From Muribaculaceae bacterium (GTDB lineage Bacteria > Bacteroidota > Bacteroidia > Bacteroidales > Muribaculaceae): a stretch of DNA of 64,000 nt. The position numbers were made by a program, and so were the translations under genes. The notes under the pieces are model-generated. The model ran no database searches. It worked only from the letters and a program-made list of their open reading frames with translations, and was not told where the DNA came from. The stretch spans positions 29,550 through 93,549 of the forward strand of contig JAGAUF010000103.1 in assembly GCA_017620885.1 (NCBI GenBank), given 5' to 3'. Numbering within the stretch: position 1 is the stretch's first letter; every line of letters starts with the position of its first letter. Shown here piece by piece: positions 58,201 to 64,000 of the stretch.

Positions 58201-58280
58201 ATCTGACGTCGTTGAAGGAGAATTATCCCGGCAGAGATAAAGAAATTCTGGAAGAAATAGAAAAACGACTTAGAAAATGA
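55215..58280 (+). CDS. large exported tetratricopeptide-repeat protein
   Basis: 1021 aa; signal peptide; many TPR-like helical pairs with YP.S motifs. Confidence 0.85.
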   Translation: MGNDRIIKGLMIGGLVATSLLPSAAYGRGTTSGAVVPTEISPLDGGRLQRAKEMSDKGNYTGALDQLRAIDPMTLDDAERQNLAFLMAQTAYRRGDSNCLAMLQGFVQSYPASQYTLDARLMAADYNFFNHDYASALESYNKIDFSNIDASRRPEYDYRKAVSMTRRGYFDEARPIFEKLLDNSRFSNVATYYIAYLDYVSGDYDAAYDGFERVELTNGKTASRRGAKRDYISDGIEPGYYMTQIEFKRGQYDDVIAHGRSLLSKRPVAELIPETERVIGESYFKKGDKEMARQYLERYLEHGVENAESTALYVLGTILYDEGDTERAASLFDRLTNDQNELAQSAWLYLGQCLVKEGDYSGAVMAFDRAYKLNYNRDVTESAMYNYGTSLLRGGTVPFRSSADILDKFISQYPRSEHASEVREILGAAYCKQGEYSKALSYLDGISNPNDATRRLRQQVLFQLGVEEGSNGRYADAEKHLREAASLAKYDKSLGLQSNLWLGDALYSQKKYGQAAQSYESFLKGGDQTPNYSLGLYNLGYALYNQDKFSQAVPYFTRAASATSLSENQRANARLRRADCMFYSRQYGDAKKAYSEIMAAGDPGADYATLRHATIMGLQGDINGKLKELETLKKRYPSTGWDAAALLERASTLAEQGRVAEAETAYQELTETYPSREETRRGLVSLGRTYLKQGKNAEAIESFRRVIEEWPTSEEAANANEELTSIYASAGNLQDYSEWLSGIPGAPRLTSDDVERLEFEAADDSFNENSSIARLENYVESYPDGVYLAKALYAIAEGRCDAGKYNGALDALNELLSKRPDAPEVNEALLLKGNILEEKFATGAGRAEAYETYMRLLNGGNKDFEPDALAGMMRLSSKPKEQLDLARKIISSGAGSELMEEARYYEAVAQTKLGNDKDGVAGLKNLAANPDSRYGAMAAVTLGKWQLDHKQLKNAEKTLTSFTESGTPHEYWLAKGFITLADVYTAQGKTSLAREYLTSLKENYPGRDKEILEEIEKRLRK

Positions 58281-60127
58281 ACGTGTCGCATAAAATATTA
58301 TTTGGAATAGTTATGGGCGCCTGTCCGTTTGGCGTGGTCATGGCCCAAGAGCTTAATGAGAACGTCAGGGTGGAAGGCGTCTATAAGCCTGAAATAATCA
58401 GGCAGGAACGTCTCGCAGCGTTTCCGCTACGTCCCGAGGTAGTGCCGTCATTGCCGAGTCTGAGCTATGACGAGAAGGGGCGTCTGATAGATTTCGGCAA
58501 TACGCTGACTCCGATGGCGGCGACGGTATGGAACGCGCAGCGCGAACTGATTCGTAATCGTGGCTACGTTAGCTTGGAGTCAGGCAGCTATTTAAACAGC
58601 AATATATCTGCAGGATACCGTTTCATCGATACGGATGAAACGACTGTCGGCGCATGGTTGCAATACAATAGTTCGTCGCTGTTCAGTCTCGGCAGTCGTG
58701 ATAATGGCGACCGTCGTTATCGCCGTCGTTATGATGCTTCGGCCGGCGTTTACGGTACGCATCTTTTCGAGGACAAGGGACGTCTGTCGGCTTCGGCTCG
58801 CTACGGATTTGATTATTTCAATTATTATGGCGTGTCGCCCGTCGTGATGGACGGTGGTTTGGAAAGAAGTTTCGGCCGGAACATATATCAGGCTGCGAAC
58901 GAGTTCAACATCAAAGTCGGGTGGGACGCGCAGTCGTCAAAGTCATTGTTATGGCGCGCTGCCGCCGAGGTGAATTATCTTGGTTTCCGCGACCTTCTGC
59001 TTCCAAAGAACGAAACGAGCCGACTCGATTATCTGTCTATTCCCGGTCAGCGCGAGACTGATTTGCGCCTGACGGGAGGTTTTCAGATGCCGTGGGAGAA
59101 CGGTTCGCGCATCGGCCTTGACGGAGCTTTTGATTTTCTGATGTATAGCGGAGCCGATCGAGAGAGCGTAATTTCCACGCCTGCCGAGAATTATGCCAAT
59201 CTGACGCTGACACCCTATTACGGTTTCCGACGAGGACTATTGAACATCCGTCTTGGAGCGGATGTCGATCTGACTTTCAATGCCGGAACGGAAGGCGCGC
59301 GCTATCATCTTTTCCACATAGCACCCGATTTTCGCTTTGACTGGCGCAAGGATTGCGTGGGATTTTACTTGCATGTGCTTGGAGGAAGTGAACTTCAGAC
59401 GCTTTCGATGCTTCGGCAGCGCGATTATTATATGATGCCGGCTTTGCTGAATACTCGTCCTGTATATTCGCCCATAGATGCTGTCCTCGGCGCCACGCTT
59501 GGGCCGGTGGCGGGATTCACAGCCAATTTCTCCGTGGCTTATAAGATAAGCAACCATGTACCTCTCGGAGAATGGTATACATACTGGCTCGAAGAATCTC
59601 ATAATCCTCTTTCCGGGAAATGGGATACCACGGCGCAAGGAGGCATCCTGTCAGCTGACAATGATATGACTATCAAGGGTTTCAGTATTTCGCTCAATCT
59701 GAACTACAAGCTCGCTGAGAAGTTCTATATTGACGCCAAAGGCACATATCAGAACCAGAACAAGGGTACAGGCTATTTCAACGGATATGATCGTCCGCGG
59801 TGGACGCTTGACTGTGAAATGGGATGGCGACCGGCAAAACGCTTCCTTATCGCGGCCGAGTATAACCTTCGTGGGGTCAGAAACGTTTATTATAATATAC
59901 CGGCGGAGCAGGGTGGCAACATCATCATAGGGGATATGAAGCCTACGATAGGTGTCTATCATCTTCCGAATTATGAGAATCTCGGCGTAAAACTTCAATT
60001 TGACGTGACAGATGCGTTCTCGCTATGGGTTCGAGGGGATAACCTTACCTGCCGCACCAATTGGCTTCAGCCGGGGCTGAAAACGGAGAAATTCGCTGTT
60101 ATGGGCGGTCTCTCGCTGACGTTCTGA
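58277..60127 (+). CDS. outer-membrane beta-barrel protein (TonB-dependent receptor-like), translationally coupled to the TPR gene
   Basis: ATGA overlap; signal peptide; alternating beta-strand pattern; ends GGLSLTF. Confidence 0.75.
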   Translation: MNVSHKILFGIVMGACPFGVVMAQELNENVRVEGVYKPEIIRQERLAAFPLRPEVVPSLPSLSYDEKGRLIDFGNTLTPMAATVWNAQRELIRNRGYVSLESGSYLNSNISAGYRFIDTDETTVGAWLQYNSSSLFSLGSRDNGDRRYRRRYDASAGVYGTHLFEDKGRLSASARYGFDYFNYYGVSPVVMDGGLERSFGRNIYQAANEFNIKVGWDAQSSKSLLWRAAAEVNYLGFRDLLLPKNETSRLDYLSIPGQRETDLRLTGGFQMPWENGSRIGLDGAFDFLMYSGADRESVISTPAENYANLTLTPYYGFRRGLLNIRLGADVDLTFNAGTEGARYHLFHIAPDFRFDWRKDCVGFYLHVLGGSELQTLSMLRQRDYYMMPALLNTRPVYSPIDAVLGATLGPVAGFTANFSVAYKISNHVPLGEWYTYWLEESHNPLSGKWDTTAQGGILSADNDMTIKGFSISLNLNYKLAEKFYIDAKGTYQNQNKGTGYFNGYDRPRWTLDCEMGWRPAKRFLIAAEYNLRGVRNVYYNIPAEQGGNIIIGDMKPTIGVYHLPNYENLGVKLQFDVTDAFSLWVRGDNLTCRTNWLQPGLKTEKFAVMGGLSLTF

Positions 60128-60200
60128 TTTTCCGGTATTGTGAAAATGAGGAAACAGCAGGAATATATCTGAAATATTACGACAGAATATACAATTCGAT

Positions 60201-60740
60201 ATGGCAAAAAAGAAAGAAGAGATTACATTCTATTATCGCAATGAAGACGACCGGGCTTACGGGCTGGCGGGCATGGCGGTATCTCTTGCCGCACTCGACG
60301 CGTTGGATCGTGTCGTGGAATTTTCGCTCGATGCAGACGGCCCGATGGTGTCCTTCTCCAACGAGTATTATTTTTCGGGTTCGCCCTCCATATCCCCGAA
60401 GGCAACGTGGGACAATCTTATACAGAATTTCTACATTACGTCGTCGATGGTGCTCTCCAATATCATGGCGCGCGTTATGGTGCGTGACCGTGAACAGTGG
60501 CCGCGTGAACAGATTGAACGAATCCATAAAGAGATGATCGCCGAGGGCAACGAGAGTTGTGCGTTGGAAGAGGATGAAATCGACGCCATCTATGAGAGGT
60601 CGCTGATGCGTATGCGCCGGATATTCGACAATCCGCGAGTACATCCGGCGGTGTCCGAGCTGGCGCGAGTAATTTCGCGGAAACGCCGTCTATCGGGTCG
60701 TGAAATAATCGATGAGCTTCATCTTCTGCAGCTCATCTGA
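60201..60740 (+). CDS. conserved hypothetical protein resembling a standalone inactive peptidase M41 domain
   Basis: RAYGLAGMAV aligns by eye to AYHEAGHAV; C-terminal ELARVISRKRRLSGREI. Confidence 0.55.
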   Translation: MAKKKEEITFYYRNEDDRAYGLAGMAVSLAALDALDRVVEFSLDADGPMVSFSNEYYFSGSPSISPKATWDNLIQNFYITSSMVLSNIMARVMVRDREQWPREQIERIHKEMIAEGNESCALEEDEIDAIYERSLMRMRRIFDNPRVHPAVSELARVISRKRRLSGREIIDELHLLQLI

Positions 60741-60815
60741 CCGGAGGGGCTTTGGCTCATTCAAATATTTTTATTACTTTTGCGCAATAGACAACATTTA
60801 AAGAGAGCACGCTTT

Positions 60816-61526
60816 ATGAAATATAAGAGAATATTACTTAAACTGTCGGGCGAATCGCTGATGGGTAGTCAAGGTCACGGCATAGATCCGGACCGTCTTG
60901 CTGCGTATGCGCGTCAGATTAAAGAGATAGCCGACGGGGGAGTTGAGATAGGCATCGTGATAGGTGGAGGCAACATTTTCCGGGGTCTTTCCGGTGCAGC
61001 CAAGGGCTTTGACCGCGTGAAGGGGGATCAGATGGGAATGCTTGCCACTGTAATCAATTCTCTGGCTCTTTCGTCAGCCCTGAACGAGATAGGTCAGCCG
61101 GCGCAGGTTTTCACGGCCATCGCCATGACGCCGATAGGGGAACATTATTCGCCTGACCGCGCTATCGCCGCCATCGAGAACGGCAAGATTGCAATAATGA
61201 GCTGCGGTACAGGGAATCCGTTCTTTACGACAGATACCGGCAGCGCGCTGCGTGCCATTGAGATTGGCGCCGATGTTATGCTTAAGGGTACACGCGTAGA
61301 CGGCATCTATACTGCCGATCCGGAGAAGGATCCGACGGCTACGAAATTTGACGAAATTACATACGATGAGGTGATTCGTCGCGGATTAAAGGTGATGGAT
61401 CTGACAGCCACGGCACTCTGTAAGGAAAACGGTATGCCGGTCTATGTTTTCGATATGGATACGGAGGGGAATCTGGCCAAGATGGTGAAGGGAGAGAATA
61501 TCGGCACATTGGTGAAAAACGCGTAA
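60816..61526 (+). CDS. pyrH: uridylate kinase
   Basis: RILLKLSGE, GGGNIFRG, DQMGMLAT, GNPFFTTD, DGIYTADP. Confidence 0.96.
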   Translation: MKYKRILLKLSGESLMGSQGHGIDPDRLAAYARQIKEIADGGVEIGIVIGGGNIFRGLSGAAKGFDRVKGDQMGMLATVINSLALSSALNEIGQPAQVFTAIAMTPIGEHYSPDRAIAAIENGKIAIMSCGTGNPFFTTDTGSALRAIEIGADVMLKGTRVDGIYTADPEKDPTATKFDEITYDEVIRRGLKVMDLTATALCKENGMPVYVFDMDTEGNLAKMVKGENIGTLVKNA

Positions 61527-61559
61527 TCTCTCAGCAAGAAATAAAAAAAGGACTATAAT

Positions 61560-62117
61560 ATGGAAGTAAAAGAAATTTTGCAGGAAGCCACGGATTCAAT
61601 GGAGCTTGCCGTGGAATACCTTGACGATACACTGTCGCATATCCGCGCCGGGAAAGCGTCAGCCCGTCTATTGGACGGCATCCGCGTGGACTATTACGGC
61701 ACGCAGTCACCGATTTCCAACGTGGCCAATGTGAGCGTGCCCGACGCGCGTACGATTGCGATTACGCCGTGGGAAAAATCGATGTTCAAGGAAATCGAGA
61801 AAGCCATCATCAACAGTGAGCTCGGAGTTATGCCGGAGAATAACGGCGAAGTGATTCGTATCTGTATCCCGCCATTGACTGAAGATCGCCGCAAGCAGCT
61901 CGTGAAACAGTCGAAAGGGGAGGCAGAAAACGCGAAGGTCAGCGTCCGCAATGCACGTCGCGACGCCATCGATTCCCTGAAGAAGGAAATCAAGAACGGT
62001 CTGAGCGAGGACGCTGAGAAGGATGCCGAGGGCGAAGTTCAGAAGATTCACGATAAATACATAAAGAAGATCGACGATATATTCGCAGCCAAAGAGAAGG
62101 AAATTCTCACGGTATGA
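61560..62117 (+). CDS. frr: ribosome recycling factor
   Basis: [36 protein letters not shown]. Confidence 0.96.
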   Translation: MEVKEILQEATDSMELAVEYLDDTLSHIRAGKASARLLDGIRVDYYGTQSPISNVANVSVPDARTIAITPWEKSMFKEIEKAIINSELGVMPENNGEVIRICIPPLTEDRRKQLVKQSKGEAENAKVSVRNARRDAIDSLKKEIKNGLSEDAEKDAEGEVQKIHDKYIKKIDDIFAAKEKEILTV

Positions 62118-63121
62118 TTTCTGTCGTCATTCCAAGCTATAACTGTGGGGAATACCTGTCTCGGAGCGTGAGAAGCGTTCTGAGGCAGGATTTTTGCGAT
62201 TTGGAGGTGGTGGTGGTAGACGACGGGAGCAATGACAATACGCCGGAAATATGTGCCGATCTGAGCGCCTCCGATGAGCGTGTGCACGTATTCAGAATCG
62301 AAAATTCCGGACTTTCATACGCCAGAAATTACGGTCTTCGGAAGAGCTCGGGAGAATATATTTTCTTTCTTGACGCCGACGATGCCATTACGCCGGAATG
62401 TCTGGGTGCGCTTTACGATGCGATGATAAATACAGCGTCGGATATAGCTTGCTGCGCTACGAAGAGGGTTCGCCTCGATAAATTGAGAGATTGGTCGGGG
62501 AATGACGTGAGCGAGAAACGTTTCAACGGCAGATGGAAAACGGATTGTCTGAGTGGTGAGGAGTATCTGGAAAGAATGTTATATCGCACCGGCTATCCTA
62601 ACAATCAGCCGACGAAACTTTTCAAGAGGGGAGTGTTGGGCAAGTCTCCATTCAGATTGAAAATATATTATGAAGATCTGGAGGCGTTGCCACGCATACT
62701 GCTTCGCGCCAAACGAGTGGTGACGGTCCATGCACCGTTTTATCAGTATTCTATGCGATCGGGAAGCATCACGCACACAATGACGCCGAAACGTGCCGAT
62801 GTGCTTAAAGTCACGGGCAATCTTGTGCAGCGTATGTCGAATTATAATATGCGTCTGGGTAAGGCGTCTGTGGATCGTTTTCTGAGTGCCAATTTCAATA
62901 TCTACGGGCTTATAACGGCACGTGACAAGAGTCGGGACAAAGTCGGAGATAGTGAAAAATATGAAGAGATAGAAGCGTACACTGCAGAGACAATCAGAAG
63001 ACTCGTAAAAAGGCCGCTTTTCAATCGCAAATCTCGTCTTGAGATGCGACTGACATCGCTTTTCATTTTATTGTTTGGCTTAGGCGGTTTCCGCTTCCTT
63101 GCCAAATTACGTTACAGGTAG
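62114..63121 (+). CDS. glycosyltransferase family 2
   Basis: [35 protein letters not shown]. Confidence 0.9.
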   Translation: MISVVIPSYNCGEYLSRSVRSVLRQDFCDLEVVVVDDGSNDNTPEICADLSASDERVHVFRIENSGLSYARNYGLRKSSGEYIFFLDADDAITPECLGALYDAMINTASDIACCATKRVRLDKLRDWSGNDVSEKRFNGRWKTDCLSGEEYLERMLYRTGYPNNQPTKLFKRGVLGKSPFRLKIYYEDLEALPRILLRAKRVVTVHAPFYQYSMRSGSITHTMTPKRADVLKVTGNLVQRMSNYNMRLGKASVDRFLSANFNIYGLITARDKSRDKVGDSEKYEEIEAYTAETIRRLVKRPLFNRKSRLEMRLTSLFILLFGLGGFRFLAKLRYR

Positions 63122-63132
63122 GAGGAGAAGAC

Positions 63133-63873
63133 TTATTCTCCGGGCGTCAGGGAGATTTTCATCACGTCCTGATAAACAGGGCCGCGCGGTGAACTGCGGC
63201 GGTTCATGATGTAGGTGTAATAATCCTCGAATTTCTTTTTCAGCCAAGGCACGGCCATAATTCGCTTCTCGATATTCTCTTTCACCTCGGGGTCTTTGAG
63301 AAGATTGGTGAATGTGAAGCGCACTTTGTCGAATTTCTTCTCTTTTCGGTCGGCGTCTACCTGCTGGTTGAACTGCGTGAGAAGGACCTCTTGGAAGAAT
63401 TTTACTCCGTGGAAATAGCGAGAGAGTGGGGAGTCGAGCTGCTCGTAGATTTCATCGTATTGGGCGGGCGTCATCTCGTCCTGCATCTCGTAGATGCGCA
63501 TACGTGCCGATTGAATCTTTCCGTACTGGAAGGGGACGTAAAGGAGACGTTTGTAACCGTCGATTTCGTGCCATAACGAGAGGGTTTCGCTTACTTTGTC
63601 GCGAGCGGCGAGTGCCTCGGGATAATCGAGGTCGGAGAGTTGCATTTTCAATTTTTCAAGAGCAGACTGTTCCATTTCGAGATAAGAGCGGGAACAGTAT
63701 TCATTAGCTTCTTTGACGAGGTCGGCAATCTCGGCAGGGAGGGGTTTGGCAGGCACGGTGGTCACAGTATCCGTGACGGCGGGAGTCGAGGCCTTTTCTT
63801 GGGCTGTTGCCGTAGCGAAGCACGTCGCGGTCAGTGCTGCGACCAATATGATGGATGAGGCAAATGTTTTCAT
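63133..63873 (-). CDS. exported hypothetical protein
   Basis: ORF with signal peptide and helical body; no motif recognised. Confidence 0.6.
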   Translation of the reverse strand: MKTFASSIILVAALTATCFATATAQEKASTPAVTDTVTTVPAKPLPAEIADLVKEANEYCSRSYLEMEQSALEKLKMQLSDLDYPEALAARDKVSETLSLWHEIDGYKRLLYVPFQYGKIQSARMRIYEMQDEMTPAQYDEIYEQLDSPLSRYFHGVKFFQEVLLTQFNQQVDADRKEKKFDKVRFTFTNLLKDPEVKENIEKRIMAVPWLKKKFEDYYTYIMNRRSSPRGPVYQDVMKISLTPGE

Positions 63874-63888
63874 AAGCAAAATTCCCTT

Positions 63889-64000
63889 TTAATGTTCCTG
63901 ATCTTCGACGAGATTAGTGCCCTCGGGCAAAGTACGTTTCTTTCGTTCGGGTTCGGATTCTTCGGCTACGGTGTCGTCATAGCTGTCGCTGAAGGTGGGG
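63889..64000 (-). CDS. 3' end of a gene running off the window
   Basis: Open frame PTFSDSYDDTVAEESEPERKKRTLPEGTNLVEDQEH* ending just upstream of the next ORF. Confidence 0.45.
   Translation of the reverse strand, partial: PTFSDSYDDTVAEESEPERKKRTLPEGTNLVEDQEH

Overview
Chromosomal segment of a Bacteroidales bacterium (likely a gut Muribaculaceae-type genome, judged from TAnnTTTG promoters, T9SS C-terminal domains and gene content). A parS site directly after mnmG suggests it lies near the replication origin. Most of the window is housekeeping: mnmG-apt-uvrC, rnr, SRP RNA with tRNA-Thr, ruvC, korAB, acpP-fabF, lpxB, fbp, comM, dtd, tRNA-Pro, manC, purE, ispG, pyrH-frr. The standout is an 11.5-kb co-directional locus (9914-21457) that looks like an extracellular DNA foraging system: deoC, a signal-peptide EEP nuclease, a TonB-dependent transporter without SusD, two OB-fold surface lipoproteins and two T9SS-secreted endonuclease I paralogues. 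Other points of note are a decaying AlbA_2/TIR islet at the 3' end of comM, a palindromic REP/IS200-like MITE, a divergent SRP RNA loop, several structured ncRNA candidates, a standalone M41-peptidase-like protein lacking HExxH, and blocks of reversed GC skew. No CRISPR array, prophage or intact transposase was seen. All calls come from reading the sequence and recalling family motifs; no database search was run.
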